DNA from: an uncultured Pseudomonadota bacterium
GTDB taxonomy: Bacteria; Oederibacteriota; Muellerivitia; Muellerivitales; Muellerivitaceae
Length of the DNA stretch: 64,000 nucleotides
Direction: 5' to 3'
NCBI GenBank assembly: GCA_963843375.1
Contig: CAWJKT010000014.1
Coordinates: 32,001-96,000 of the forward strand
In this document: positions 31,786 through 42,306 of the stretch, in pieces
Layout: every line of letters begins with the position of its first letter
How positions within the stretch are numbered: position 1 is the first letter of the stretch
The notes under the pieces: model-generated
The model's database searches: none
What the model was told of the DNA's origin: nothing
Seen by the model: only the letters and a program-made list of their open reading frames with translations
Position numbers and translations under genes: made by a program

Positions 31786-33742
31786 ATGGTCCTGAACAAA
31801 GGGTGGCGGTTTTTGCCGTTGGGCCTTTTTTTCATCGGCGCATCCCTGGCCCTGTTTATTTGGGATTTCATCATCCTACCTTTTCAAAACCCCCTCCAAG
31901 TGGTTGGTTACTGCACGAAGATCCGGTTTAATCCCGAAAATGATTTTGTGCGATTCCTTGTTTTTGTTCTTTTGCCTTCACTGTTGGCGATCCTTTTTTA
32001 CAGTGTTTGCGGATCGCACCCAAAGGGCGGACTGCTTCGGACAAAGGTTAGAGGGCCCCGAATTGAAACAGCCTCAGGAGGCCGTGGATTTCAGGCGATG
32101 GGGAATCCCATTCCTGCTTGTGGTTTACGCTGTTCTATTGGCGATCAATACGCCCACCTACCACGCTTTCGGACGGTTTGACCCCTACCACGAGGGGGAA
32201 TCGCTAGGATCAGCCATTTCGTATCTGGCGGGCCGGCAGCCTTATCGGGATTTTGTTTTTTTTCATGGTTTGATCCAGGATCCCTTGCGTTCGGTCTGGG
32301 CATTTGAGATTTTCGGAAAGTCCATAGGATCGCAAAGGGCTTTCGAGTCCATGGCTAAAGTGGTTCTTTGGGTCTTGCTGGCGTTTTTCCTCGACCGGCT
32401 CTTTCAAAAAAAGACCTGGATTGTTCTTTCCGTTCTTTCCTTTTTGGCGGTGATTCACGTCAGCTTTTTCTTCAACGTTTTTGGAACCTTTCTTATGCCG
32501 AGCCTCACTCCGGATTCGATCACGCAGAGTTTTTTGAGCCACCGGCCCTTTTGGGAAGGGTTTAATCTCCTGATTCTCACGGCAAGGGATGGTCTTACCT
32601 TCGCATTTCTTTGCGTGTTCCTGGAAGTCCACGGGATTTTGGCGGAAAAACGGAGGTCTGGAAAATGGCGGGAGCGGATTCTTTACTTTTTTTTAGCTTT
32701 TATCCCATTCGCCTCATTGGGATATTCGATCGACCGCGGCGTTTACCTGACGGCGACTTATGTCCTTCTTGCCCCCGTTTTGTTCTTTTTTATCACGCGG
32801 AGTTCGAATTCGCGAAAGGACTTCGTCCTTTTTTCATTCGGGGGGATTCTAACTGCGTTTTTTCTATTGGAGTGGCTTCTTAAGGGGAAACTTTTAGATT
32901 GTCTGCGATTCATTTTTTTTATTTTTCCATCCTATAAGGCTTTGTCGGAAAAAATTCCTTACCCCATCCACGAATGGAAATTTCTATTTGCGCTCCTGCT
33001 TGTTTCGGCGCAGGTTTTCGCGCTGATATGGAATGGATTGAGGGCGCGATCGATATTTGGAAAAGAGTGGATGGAATCTTTCTTGAGTAGGGCCCTTATC
33101 GAGATGACTCTAACCTTGATTTCGGTTTTTAGTTTTTTTAATGTTCTGGTTAGGTCGGATGAGGAACATCTTCTTTACGGATTGGGTGTCCCTTACATCC
33201 TGGCTCTTTTTGTCATTTTTAAAAAAGTAGAACCCTGGATGCAAAAACATATTGGGGTGAGAAGGCTTTTGGGATACGCCTGCTTTGTGGCGGTAGCCTC
33301 CATCCTGGCGGCCGGCGTTATTCGGGACATCCGTTGGAAGGCGTTGCAAAAGAATTTTCCATTGGAAACCGCCGATTCGGCTTTCATCCCGCCCGAGGAT
33401 CGGGCCGCCATTCTTTTCTTGAAAAGCGAAATGAAGCCCGGGGACGAATTCTTTACGATGACCTCCGAAGCCAGTTGGTATTACTACTTGGACAAGCCTT
33501 GTCCAACCCGTTTTCCCTATATCTGGACCGCGGCGCCGGAAGCCTTTCAGCGGGACATCAACCAAGACCTCTTGATTAAGAAGGTGAAATGGGTTCTTTT
33601 CCGGGATGACGACTGGTCCGGGCGGATTGACGATATTTCGAACGAGGAAAAATTTCCCGTCGTTGCCCGGTTTATCCGTGAAAATTATCATCCCTTCCAA
33701 AACATCGCGGGGAGGGAGATCTGGGTTTTGAATGGGCGATAA
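31786..33742 (+). CDS. Polytopic GT-C-like membrane protein; frameshift within about 32000-32090
   Basis: ORFs 31786..32181 and 31904..33742; FDPYHEG, PYRDFVFFHG, RSDEEH and YYYLDKPCPTRF. Confidence 0.6.
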
Positions 33743-33790
33743 AGGGGCGCTGAAAAATTATTTTAACCCTGCGTTACTTCCCTGCAACCG

Positions 33791-35446
33791 TTAAATCTCC
33801 ACGACTAAACTTTTTTCCTTTGTCATGGTGACCATGCCGAGGGGGGCTCCTGGTATTTTCTTGACGTTTTTTTTCTCGGTATAACTGACCATCACCTTCG
33901 TACCAGGTTTGGCTTTGCTGTGGGACGCGGCAAGGCGGGCTGCCTGGAGGATCGTTTCGCTGGGCACCACGGCATTTCTCTGCAATTTTCGAAGAACTAC
34001 GTGGGAACCGGGGAGATCCCGAACGTGGAACCAGAGATCTTCAGGCTGGGCCAGTTGAAAAGTCACGTAATCGTTGGCGGCCGCCGAGGTGCCGGCGCAA
34101 ATCTCCAGTTCCTTGTTCAGCTTTTCCCGGATGATGTTGGGCGTGGGAACCTTTTCCTCCTTCGGCTTGCGGGGTTTGGCCTCGGGTTCCTTCTTTTTGG
34201 GGAATAGGTCCAGGAAAGCCTTTCGGATTTCTTCCGGGCTCCTCAGGGCGGGCAGGCTGCGTTGAGCCGATTTCAATTGGTTCAACCGTTCCTGAATTTC
34301 CTTTTCGCGTTTATCCACCAAGGCCAATCCTCTGGAACCCTTTTGGGCTTTTTTGAAAAAACGCTGGGCGTTTTGAAGGGGCGTCATTTCAGGATCGAGC
34401 GGAACCGTGACCCGCCCCGGGGTTCCGCGCACAAGGTCTTCCAGGCTGGCTTCCTTCAAATGAAGTTTGATCTTGTGCAATTGGGCCATCAAGAGCTCGC
34501 CCCACCATTGGTATTGGTCGGATCTTTCCGCCTCGTCCCTGTCTTTCTTGAGTTTTTCCAAAATCCGTTTCTCGTGTTTGATGGCTTTCGCGACTTCGGA
34601 TTCCAATTTTGTTTTTTGAGTCAGGCGGACTTGGTTCTCGAACTCCAGCTTGAAAAGTTTTTCGAGGGCCTCGCTGAGGGTGGAATAAACGATGGATTCC
34701 TTTTCCGAGGCGCCGGAATCAAAAAGCCTCAGGGAGGGTGGTGGACCGGGAAAAAGCCGATAGTGTTCCAGGCCTTTTTCCGGCGTCGAAGTTCTCAGCC
34801 GTTCCCATTCGAAGAAAGCATTTTCACCGAATTTTTCAAGATGGGCGGTCAGTTCGGTATCGGTTCCCCGGAACTTTTCCTTCAGCCAGGCGCCGAGGGA
34901 GGGACGGTTTGCCTGATTCCAGAGTTTTTCAACCTCGTTGCCGGTGAGGTTCCATAAGTTGGGTTTATCCAGGGGCTGGGGAGGTTTTTGATAGAGAGTT
35001 TGCGGCATAACCAACCGTTCTACGTCGTTTTTGTAGCGCAGGGCGCTGATGATCAGGTTGTCTGGACCCAACAAAATGAGATTGGGATATTTGGGAATTC
35101 CCTCGAAAACGAGCCGGAAGATCCCTTCGGTGGTTTTAAAGTGGAAATCCATGAGGCGTTCGCCGGCTTCGGATTGGATTTCAATGAGCTGGGCGTATTC
35201 CAGGTTTTTCCTTAAAGACCGGCAAAAGTTCGGGGGTTTCGCCAAGGCCGGGCTTTTTTCCCTGGTACAAAAAAGGATGGGTTTATGGGGAATGATCGCG
35301 ATAACCAAGGTGCGGGTGGTTCGGTCTGGGTGATAGAAGGTCAAATCCACGACTTCAGGAGCGGATTGGGAAATGTGGGAGAGGCGGGTTGAGAGAAGCA
35401 ACTGCCTCAACTCGCGGACAAAAAGATGCACTAAAAGAGGTGTCAA
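33791..35446 (-). CDS. rqcH: NFACT-family ribosome quality-control protein (Rqc2/RqcH/FbpA)
   Basis: F..LRK.L, GER, FEG...NLIL, NAQRFFKK, NDYVT and WFHVRDLPGSHVV. Confidence 0.9.
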   Translation of the reverse strand: MTPLLVHLFVRELRQLLLSTRLSHISQSAPEVVDLTFYHPDRTTRTLVIAIIPHKPILFCTREKSPALAKPPNFCRSLRKNLEYAQLIEIQSEAGERLMDFHFKTTEGIFRLVFEGIPKYPNLILLGPDNLIISALRYKNDVERLVMPQTLYQKPPQPLDKPNLWNLTGNEVEKLWNQANRPSLGAWLKEKFRGTDTELTAHLEKFGENAFFEWERLRTSTPEKGLEHYRLFPGPPPSLRLFDSGASEKESIVYSTLSEALEKLFKLEFENQVRLTQKTKLESEVAKAIKHEKRILEKLKKDRDEAERSDQYQWWGELLMAQLHKIKLHLKEASLEDLVRGTPGRVTVPLDPEMTPLQNAQRFFKKAQKGSRGLALVDKREKEIQERLNQLKSAQRSLPALRSPEEIRKAFLDLFPKKKEPEAKPRKPKEEKVPTPNIIREKLNKELEICAGTSAAANDYVTFQLAQPEDLWFHVRDLPGSHVVLRKLQRNAVVPSETILQAARLAASHSKAKPGTKVMVSYTEKKNVKKIPGAPLGMVTMTKEKSLVVEI

Positions 35447-35592
35447 TCGGAATTCCTTATTTTAATTTGCGGATGGGTCCATTATCGCACATCCCGCGCT
35501 TTACCCGTAATCGCTCCATCTGTTTTGACGTCGAAGTAAAGTCTAACGGCAGGTTAAATCTTTGCGGTTTCCATTTTTATTTGGGTCTTGGT

Positions 35593-35621
35593 TTGACACC
35601 CATGGAGCGGAAGTCTAAACT
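35593..35621 (+). promoter_or_regulatory. Sigma-70-type promoter of the beta-oxidation operon
   Basis: TTGACA-N17-TAAACT. Confidence 0.6.
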
Positions 35622-35743
35622 GATATCCAGAAGCCACTTTTCCAACGCAACGGGGGCGCCCATGGGCCGATTCACTCTTGGAAAAATGAAGGAAATCGGC
35701 GCAATACCGACCTCCTTGAAAAACCCAGTCAATGGCAGTCGGC

Positions 35744-37420
35744 ATGAGTGAGAAGCCTTGGCTTTCCTCTTATGATGAAGGTGTCCCCAAGACCCTCGAA
35801 TATCCCGAAAAATCCTTTTCTGAACTGCTTCAGGATGTTTCCGGCAAATATCCCCAAAATCCGGCCCTCTATTATTTCGGGTCCCGCATGGATTACGCCG
35901 ACCTGAATGAAAAGGCCAGTCGTTTCGCCAATTTATTGATAAAAGAAGGCGTAAAACCCGGTGACCGGGTGGCCCTTTACATGCCTAATTGCCCAGCTTG
36001 CGTGATCGCCTTTTTCGGTATCTTAAGGGCAGGGGCGATTTTGACTCAATTAAACCCCCTCTATTCCGCCGGCGAAACCGCCTACCAATTGAAGGATTCG
36101 GGGGCTAAGTTGGTGGTCTCACTGGACCGGTTCGTCCCAATTCTGCGGCAAGTGGCGGGGGAATGCGGGTTAAAAAAAGTATGGATTACCCGGATCAACG
36201 ATTATTTCCCGATTCCCTTGAAGTGGCTTTATCCCCTGAAAGCGAAAAAGGAAAAGAGCTGGGTGGACTGGCCAACGGAACCGCTCTTTGCCAGCTTTTT
36301 AAAAGAGTTGGATTCCGCTTCTGCCTCGCCCCTTTCGGTTTCAATCCAGATGGATCAGACCGCTTTGCTTCAATATACGGGGGGCACCACGGGAGTGGCC
36401 AAGGGAGTGATTCTGACCCACCGCAACTTGGTGGCCAATGCCTACCAATGTAAAGCCTGGTTTCCCAAGCTGGAAGATGGGAAGGAAGTCTTCATGCTGG
36501 CCATACCCATCTTCCATTGTTACGGCATGACCGCCGGGATGACTTTCGCCCTGGTCATGGCGGCTTCCATGGTTCTGGTTCCTAAATTCGAAGTCACCCA
36601 GGTTTTGAAGGCGGTGGACAAATACAGGGTCGGTATTTTTCCCGGAGTTCAGGCCATTTATGTGGCGATCAATAATTATCCGGAAGTGGGAAAGTATAAC
36701 GTTCACAGTATCAAGGCCTGCATTTCGGGCGCCGGGCCGCTGCATCAGGAAGTGCAGAAGAAATTCGAGGCTCTTACTGGAGGGAAATTGGTGGAGGGTT
36801 ATGGTCTCACCGAGGCTTCCCCGGTCACCCATTGCAATCCGGTTTACGGAACGCGCAAGATGGGTATGATCGGTTTGCCCTTTGTGGGAACCGACTCCCG
36901 GATTATGGACGTGGAGACGGGAAAAATTGAAATGAAGGTTCGGGAAATCGGGGAGTTGACGATCAAGGGACCCCAAGTGATGCAGGGCTATTGGAACCAC
37001 CCGGAAGAAACCGCCATGGTTTTGAAAGATGGCTGGCTCTACACCGGGGACATCGGCTATATGGACGAAGATGGTTTTTTCGCCATCGTGGACCGCAAAA
37101 AGGACATGGTGAAGGTCGGTGGAGAGAATGTCTACCCGCGGGACGTGGAAGAAGTGCTTTTCAAGAATGAGAAAATCCTGGATTGTGTGGTGGCCGGGGT
37201 GCCCGATGAGAAGTTGGTGGATAAAATCAAGGCTTACATCGTCTTGAAGCCGGGTTGCAAGGCTGAACCCGGCGAAATCATCGATTTCTGTAAGGACAAA
37301 ATGGCGAAATACAAGGTGCCAAAGGAAGTGGAATTTAGAGAGTCGTTACCTAAGAATATGGTGGGAAAGATGCTTCGACGGTTGCTGGTGGAAGAGGAAA
37401 AAGCGAAACTGAAAAAATGA
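35744..37420 (+). CDS. fadD: Long-chain-fatty-acid--CoA ligase
   Basis: YTGGTTGVAKG, EGYGLTE, GWLYTGDIG, DRKKD and LPKNMVGK. Confidence 0.93.
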   Translation: MSEKPWLSSYDEGVPKTLEYPEKSFSELLQDVSGKYPQNPALYYFGSRMDYADLNEKASRFANLLIKEGVKPGDRVALYMPNCPACVIAFFGILRAGAILTQLNPLYSAGETAYQLKDSGAKLVVSLDRFVPILRQVAGECGLKKVWITRINDYFPIPLKWLYPLKAKKEKSWVDWPTEPLFASFLKELDSASASPLSVSIQMDQTALLQYTGGTTGVAKGVILTHRNLVANAYQCKAWFPKLEDGKEVFMLAIPIFHCYGMTAGMTFALVMAASMVLVPKFEVTQVLKAVDKYRVGIFPGVQAIYVAINNYPEVGKYNVHSIKACISGAGPLHQEVQKKFEALTGGKLVEGYGLTEASPVTHCNPVYGTRKMGMIGLPFVGTDSRIMDVETGKIEMKVREIGELTIKGPQVMQGYWNHPEETAMVLKDGWLYTGDIGYMDEDGFFAIVDRKKDMVKVGGENVYPRDVEEVLFKNEKILDCVVAGVPDEKLVDKIKAYIVLKPGCKAEPGEIIDFCKDKMAKYKVPKEVEFRESLPKNMVGKMLRRLLVEEEKAKLKK

Positions 37421-37439
37421 TTTCACGAAGGGGGCCTTT

Positions 37440-38630
37440 ATGAAGGAAGTGGTCATCGTGGACGGGGCGAGAACACCCATCGGCAACATGGGCGGTGCCT
37501 TAAAAGACGTGACGGCGCAGGATATGGCCGCAACCGTCATCAGGGAAATCGTAAAGCGCAACAACTTGAAGCCCTCGGACGTGGAGGAAGTGATCCTGGG
37601 TTGCGTGGGTCAGTTTTCCGACGCCCCAAATGTCGGAAGGGTTGCCGCCTTATTGGCTGGGCTTCCCAAGGAAGTGACCGGTTATACCGTTCAGCGCAAT
37701 TGCTCTTCGGGAATGCAGGCTTTGGTGAATGCCTATCAGAATATTCAATGCGGGGACGCGGACATCCATTTGGCGGGCGGGACCGAATCCATGAGCCAAG
37801 CCCCTTATGTGAGCCGGGACTTGAGGTTCGGAAAACGCATGCGAGACTCGAGAATGGTTGATAGCTTGATGGAAGGGCTCACCGATCCGGTTTGTCATTT
37901 GGTCATGGGCCAGACGGCTGAGGTTTTGGCCGAGGAATTCAAGATATCCCGAAAGGAACAGGACGAATACGCGGTCCAAAGCCATAAAAAGGCCTTCCGA
38001 GCCCAGCGGGAAAACAAGTTTAAGGACGAAATCGTGCCGGTGATGGTACCCAAAAAGGTCATGGGCAAACCCGTGACACCCGAGCCGGTCTCTCTGGACG
38101 AGGGGATCAATGCGGCTCTCAATGAACAAACCCTTGCCGCCTATCCGACGATTTTTAAGGAGGGTGGGACGGTTACCCCGGGCAACGCATGTGGTATCAA
38201 TGACGGGGCTTGTGTGATGCTGGTCATGTCCAAAGAGAAGGCCGATGCCTTAGGTTACAAACCGCTGGGGACCATCCGCTCCTATGCTTTCACCGGGGTC
38301 GAACCCGAGCGGATGGGAATCGGCCCCGCTTACGCCATCCCCAAAGCTTTAAAGAAGGCGGGTCTGGAACTTTCGAACATGCAGTTGATTGAGATTAATG
38401 AGGCCTTTGCGGCCCAGGTTTTGGCCGATGACCGGGTCCTGAAGATGAACCGGGAGATCCTGAACGTGAACGGCGGGGCCATCGCTCTGGGTCACCCGGT
38501 GGGCATGACCGGCGCAAGGCTTGTCTTGACGGGTTTGAGGGAAATGGCTCGCCGAAATCTCTCTCTGGGGGTCATCTCCATGTGCATCGGCGGGGGCATC
38601 GGCGGGGCGATGGTACTCGAGCGTAAATAA
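37440..38630 (+). CDS. Acetyl-CoA C-acyltransferase (thiolase)
   Basis: NCSSG (catalytic Cys), NEAFAAQ, GHPVG and CIGGG. Confidence 0.95.
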   Translation: MKEVVIVDGARTPIGNMGGALKDVTAQDMAATVIREIVKRNNLKPSDVEEVILGCVGQFSDAPNVGRVAALLAGLPKEVTGYTVQRNCSSGMQALVNAYQNIQCGDADIHLAGGTESMSQAPYVSRDLRFGKRMRDSRMVDSLMEGLTDPVCHLVMGQTAEVLAEEFKISRKEQDEYAVQSHKKAFRAQRENKFKDEIVPVMVPKKVMGKPVTPEPVSLDEGINAALNEQTLAAYPTIFKEGGTVTPGNACGINDGACVMLVMSKEKADALGYKPLGTIRSYAFTGVEPERMGIGPAYAIPKALKKAGLELSNMQLIEINEAFAAQVLADDRVLKMNREILNVNGGAIALGHPVGMTGARLVLTGLREMARRNLSLGVISMCIGGGIGGAMVLERK

Positions 38631-38692
38631 TTCGGCCGGATTTTATGGATTCGTTTTTTTGAGTTTTGGATTAAAAATACCCGGAGGGGAAA

Positions 38693-39904
38693 ATGTTCAT
38701 TTACAAAGCGGGTGTGATTGGCGCCGGAGCCATGGGGGCGGGTATCGCTCAAGTCATTTCCTTTTCCGGCCTTCCGGTGGTCTTAAAAGATACCGATGAG
38801 GATAGGGTGAAAAAGGGAATCGAGATGATCCGAAAGGTTTATCAGGGGCGGGTGGACAAGGGCAAGATGTCCTCCTCCGAGATGGACCAGAAGATGAACC
38901 TGGTCACCGGCACGACTTCCTATGATGATTTCAAGGATTGTGACTTGGTAGTGGAGGCTGTTTTTGAGAGCATGAAAGTGAAGCACCAAGTCTTCCAAGA
39001 ACTTGAAAAAGTGCTTCCGCAAACCGCCATCATGGCCACCAACACTTCGGCTCTTTCTATCACCCAGATCGCTTCGGCGGTGAAAAGATCCGAGAAAGTC
39101 ATCGGTCTGCACTTTTTTAATCCGGCTCCCGTCATGAAACTGGTGGAGGTGATTCCAGGGCTTCAAACCTCGCCGGAAACGGTGGACGATACGGCGGCTT
39201 TCGCCGAGTCCTTGCGCAAGATGCCGGTCCGGGTGAAGGAATGCGCGGGATTTCTGGTGAACCGGTTGCTTCTTCCTTATTTAAATGAAGCGGCTTATGC
39301 CTTGCAGGAAAGTTCGGCGCCACCCGAGGAGATGGACAAAGCCTTGCGGGCTTTTGGCATGCCCATGGGGCCTTTTGCTCTTCTGGATATGCTGGGTCTG
39401 GATGTCTGCGCCGAGGTTTCCATGATTCTTTATGATTCCTTTGGGCCCCGCATGAAGGCGGCTGAGATTTTGGGGGAGATGCATAAGGCCAACCGTTTGG
39501 GCACTAAAAACGGCATCGGTTTCTATGTTTATGACGATGCCAAGAAGGCCGATTTGAAGCCCATCGTGGAGGCCATTCAAGCCAAGACGGGGGTGAAAGG
39601 AACACCCTTTTCACCCGAGCGGCTGGTATTCCAGATGATCAACGAGGCGGCCTATTGTCTGGAAGAAAACGTGGCCTCGCCCTCGGACATCGATTTGGCC
39701 ATGTTGGCGGGAACGGGATTTCCCCAAGACAAGGGCGGGCCTTTGCATTTGGCGGATGGAATTGGGGTGGACAAAGTGCTGGAAAAATTAAAGGAATTCT
39801 CTCAAACGTTGGGGCCCCGTTTCTGGCCGGCGCCTATATTGAAACGGATGGTTTCCGCCAATTATTTGGGGCAAAAGACAAAACGCGGGTTCTTTAACTA
39901 TTAA
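38693..39904 (+). CDS. 3-hydroxyacyl-CoA dehydrogenase with two C-terminal dimerisation domains
   Basis: GAGAMG, EAVFE, TNTS, GLHFFNP and GFLVNR; two MGP/GGP-type C-terminal repeats. Confidence 0.93.
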   Translation: MFIYKAGVIGAGAMGAGIAQVISFSGLPVVLKDTDEDRVKKGIEMIRKVYQGRVDKGKMSSSEMDQKMNLVTGTTSYDDFKDCDLVVEAVFESMKVKHQVFQELEKVLPQTAIMATNTSALSITQIASAVKRSEKVIGLHFFNPAPVMKLVEVIPGLQTSPETVDDTAAFAESLRKMPVRVKECAGFLVNRLLLPYLNEAAYALQESSAPPEEMDKALRAFGMPMGPFALLDMLGLDVCAEVSMILYDSFGPRMKAAEILGEMHKANRLGTKNGIGFYVYDDAKKADLKPIVEAIQAKTGVKGTPFSPERLVFQMINEAAYCLEENVASPSDIDLAMLAGTGFPQDKGGPLHLADGIGVDKVLEKLKEFSQTLGPRFWPAPILKRMVSANYLGQKTKRGFFNY

Positions 39905-39914
39905 GGAGGATTTT

Positions 39915-40694
39915 ATGGGCCAATACGTTAGTGTTTCAATCGAAAGCAAAGTCGCCACGGTGACCATCAATCATCCCCCGGTCAATGTCCTTTCGCCGGA
40001 GGTCCTGAAGGAACTGGAGGCCCTCTTCGATGAGTTGAAGGGGAATAAGGACGTTAAAGTCATAGTCTTGACGGGAACAGGCCCCCATTTCATCGCGGGG
40101 GCGGACATCAAGCAAATGTCCCAGATTCAGTCGGTCGCCGAGGGCAAGAAAGCCGCCGGGGAAGGGCAGCGAATTTTTCTCAAAATCGAAAGATTTGAAA
40201 AACCCGTGATTGCCGCCATCAACGGTACCTGCTTAGGGGGCGGAATGGAATTGGCCATGGCTTGCCATATCCGCATGTGTTCGGATCATGCCCGGTTGGG
40301 ACAACCCGAAATCAATTTAGGGATCATTCCGGGTTTTGGCGGAACCCAAAGAATGTCCCGCTTGGTGGGACGCGGAAAAGCGACCGAGTGGATTTTAACG
40401 GGGGACAATATCGCGCCCCAGGACGCCAAGGCTTTAGGACTGGTCAATCATGTTTTGCCGGAATCGGAAGTGCTTCGACAGGCCCAGGGGATGGCTAAAA
40501 AAATCGCCATGAAGCCGGCTTCCGCCATTGCCGCCGCCTTGCGGGCCATCAACAACGGATTGGAACAGCCCGCCATGGACGCCGCCATGGCGGCCGAACT
40601 GGAAGGATTCGGCAAGTGCTGCGAATCGCCGGATATGCGCGAAGGCATCAAGGCTTTTGTGGAAAAAAGACAGCCGCAATTCACGGACCAATGA
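39915..40694 (+). CDS. Enoyl-CoA hydratase (crotonase)
   Basis: FIAGADI, GGGMELAMAC and QPEINLGIIPGFGGTQR; both catalytic Glu present. Confidence 0.93.
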   Translation: MGQYVSVSIESKVATVTINHPPVNVLSPEVLKELEALFDELKGNKDVKVIVLTGTGPHFIAGADIKQMSQIQSVAEGKKAAGEGQRIFLKIERFEKPVIAAINGTCLGGGMELAMACHIRMCSDHARLGQPEINLGIIPGFGGTQRMSRLVGRGKATEWILTGDNIAPQDAKALGLVNHVLPESEVLRQAQGMAKKIAMKPASAIAAALRAINNGLEQPAMDAAMAAELEGFGKCCESPDMREGIKAFVEKRQPQFTDQ

Positions 40695-40738
40695 AACAAT
40701 TTCAACGGTGATTGGCAAGTCATTGATAAGGAAAAACG

Positions 40739-41605
40739 ATGCCCAAAAAGTCTAGGACCACCAAGGAGTTTCAAACCCTTACCGAACTGCGACAAGCCAG
40801 CGAGGATAGCCGTTATAAGGTTGGATTGGCCCTTTGCGGGGGAGTGGCTTATGGCGTCGCCCAAATCGGCGTGCTCAAGGCTTTGGAAGAGGCGGGCATC
40901 AAGGTGGATTGCCTGGCAGGTACCAGTTCGGGCGCCATTATTGCCGCCGCCTACGCCTCCGGCTTGCCGGTTTCTAGGATCGCGGAAATTGGAATCAATA
41001 CCAATTGGGGGGAGCTTTTTTCCTTTAGGCCTTCCCGCAAAGGGCTGGTTTCTTCCGGTCCCATCGCGGAATACATTCGCAAGTACCTCAAGGTGGATAA
41101 TTTTGAGCAGCTGAAAAAACCGTTGGCGGTTGTTGCCACTGACATATGCTCCGGAGAAGAGGTCATCTTCACCCGTGGAGCTCTGGACAAGGCGGTGCGC
41201 GCCTCCTGTTCCATCCCTGGGATTTATAGTCCGGTGGAACTGGATGGAAGGCAACTGGCGGATGGGGGCATGGCTGAGAACGTACCCGTGAAGGCCTTAA
41301 AAAGCATTGGGGCCGACGTGGTGATTGCGGTGAATCTTTTCGGGCACCACCAAGTGTTCCCTCCCGCTTCTAATGTTTTCCAGATTCTCATGCGGGTCTG
41401 GTATTTCTTCGTGCGGGAGGAATCGGCTTGGCGAGAACAATGCGATGTCATTCTTGAGCCGGATCTGCGCATGTTTGATTTGTTTGATTTCAGCGACGGC
41501 AAAGCCATCATCGCGGCGGGGGAGAAGGAAGCCAAGCGCCAGATGCCCAAGATCAAACAGGTTATCCAACGGCGGTTTTTCTTCCGGCCTGAAATCTATC
41601 GTTGA
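40739..41605 (+). CDS. Patatin-like phospholipase (RssA/NTE-like)
   Basis: LALCGG, GTSSG (GxSxG), ASCSIPG and DGG. Confidence 0.9.
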   Translation: MPKKSRTTKEFQTLTELRQASEDSRYKVGLALCGGVAYGVAQIGVLKALEEAGIKVDCLAGTSSGAIIAAAYASGLPVSRIAEIGINTNWGELFSFRPSRKGLVSSGPIAEYIRKYLKVDNFEQLKKPLAVVATDICSGEEVIFTRGALDKAVRASCSIPGIYSPVELDGRQLADGGMAENVPVKALKSIGADVVIAVNLFGHHQVFPPASNVFQILMRVWYFFVREESAWREQCDVILEPDLRMFDLFDFSDGKAIIAAGEKEAKRQMPKIKQVIQRRFFFRPEIYR

Positions 41606-41697
41606 AATTAACCCAAGTTGAAATGGATTTGCCATCGCCATGTCCTTTGGGCGCTTTTCATTCGAGTAAAATTCCTTAAAACCTTTATTTTTTAATG

Positions 41698-41728
41698 AAA
41701 AAGGCCTCTTTAAAATGAGGGTTTTTTC
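41698..41728 (+). terminator. Probable intrinsic terminator after the patatin gene
   Basis: AAAAAGGCCTC-loop-GAGGGTTTTTT imperfect hairpin. Confidence 0.5.
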
Positions 41729-41812
41729 TTGCTGCTCCCTTCATACAGGGGCATAATTGCTAGCATTCTTATTATTTTTAAAGCTTTTTTTGTCCAGCGG
41801 GAGGTGTTTGGT

Positions 41813-42085
41813 ATGACCAAGGATGAGTTGGTTGCCAAGGTTGCGGAAACCACGGGAGTCAAAAAAGTTGATCTTCAAAAGGCCCTGGATTCCATCATTC
41901 AGACCATCATCGAAACAATTAAAACGGGAGAAAAAGTCAACATTACGGGCCTGGGAATTTTCAAGATAAAAGACAAGAAAGCCAGGTTGGCCCGGAATCC
42001 TAAAACCGGTGAATCCATTCAAGTTCCCGCCAAGAGAGCACCCAAATTTCTACCTTCCAAAAATTTAAAAGAGGCAGTTAAGTAA
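41813..42085 (+). CDS. hup: HU family DNA-binding protein
   Basis: MTKDELV, GLGIF, ARNPKTGE and PKF.PSK.LK; upstream TTGCTG-N17-CATAAT. Confidence 0.95.
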   Translation: MTKDELVAKVAETTGVKKVDLQKALDSIIQTIIETIKTGEKVNITGLGIFKIKDKKARLARNPKTGESIQVPAKRAPKFLPSKNLKEAVK

Positions 42086-42114
42086 ACGCCGTTTTTCCCT
42101 TTTGTTAAAGAGTC

Positions 42115-42142
42115 AAAAGCCCCTTTTTTAGGGGCTTTTTTT
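42115..42142 (+). terminator. Rho-independent terminator after hup
   Basis: AAAAGCCCCT-loop-AGGGGCTTTT followed by a T run. Confidence 0.85.
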
Positions 42143-42155
42143 ATGTCGGTAGACC

Positions 42156-42184
42156 TTGACCCTCCTGGGCTGATTACCTATAGT
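42156..42184 (+). promoter_or_regulatory. Sigma-70 promoter of groESL
   Basis: TTGACC-N17-TATAGT immediately upstream of CIRCE. Confidence 0.8.
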
Positions 42185-42193
42185 AACGGCCTC

Positions 42194-42220
42194 TTAGCAC
42201 TCCTGTTGCCAGAGTGCTAA
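42194..42220. promoter_or_regulatory. CIRCE element (HrcA operator)
   Basis: Perfect TTAGCACTC-N9-GAGTGCTAA upstream of groES. Confidence 0.97.
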
Positions 42221-42306
42221 TCCCGGCAGCTTCCGCTGCCATTAACATTTAATTTTTAAATTCGGGGGGGCGACAGCCACCACGATAAATTTTCAGGAGG
42301 TTGTTC

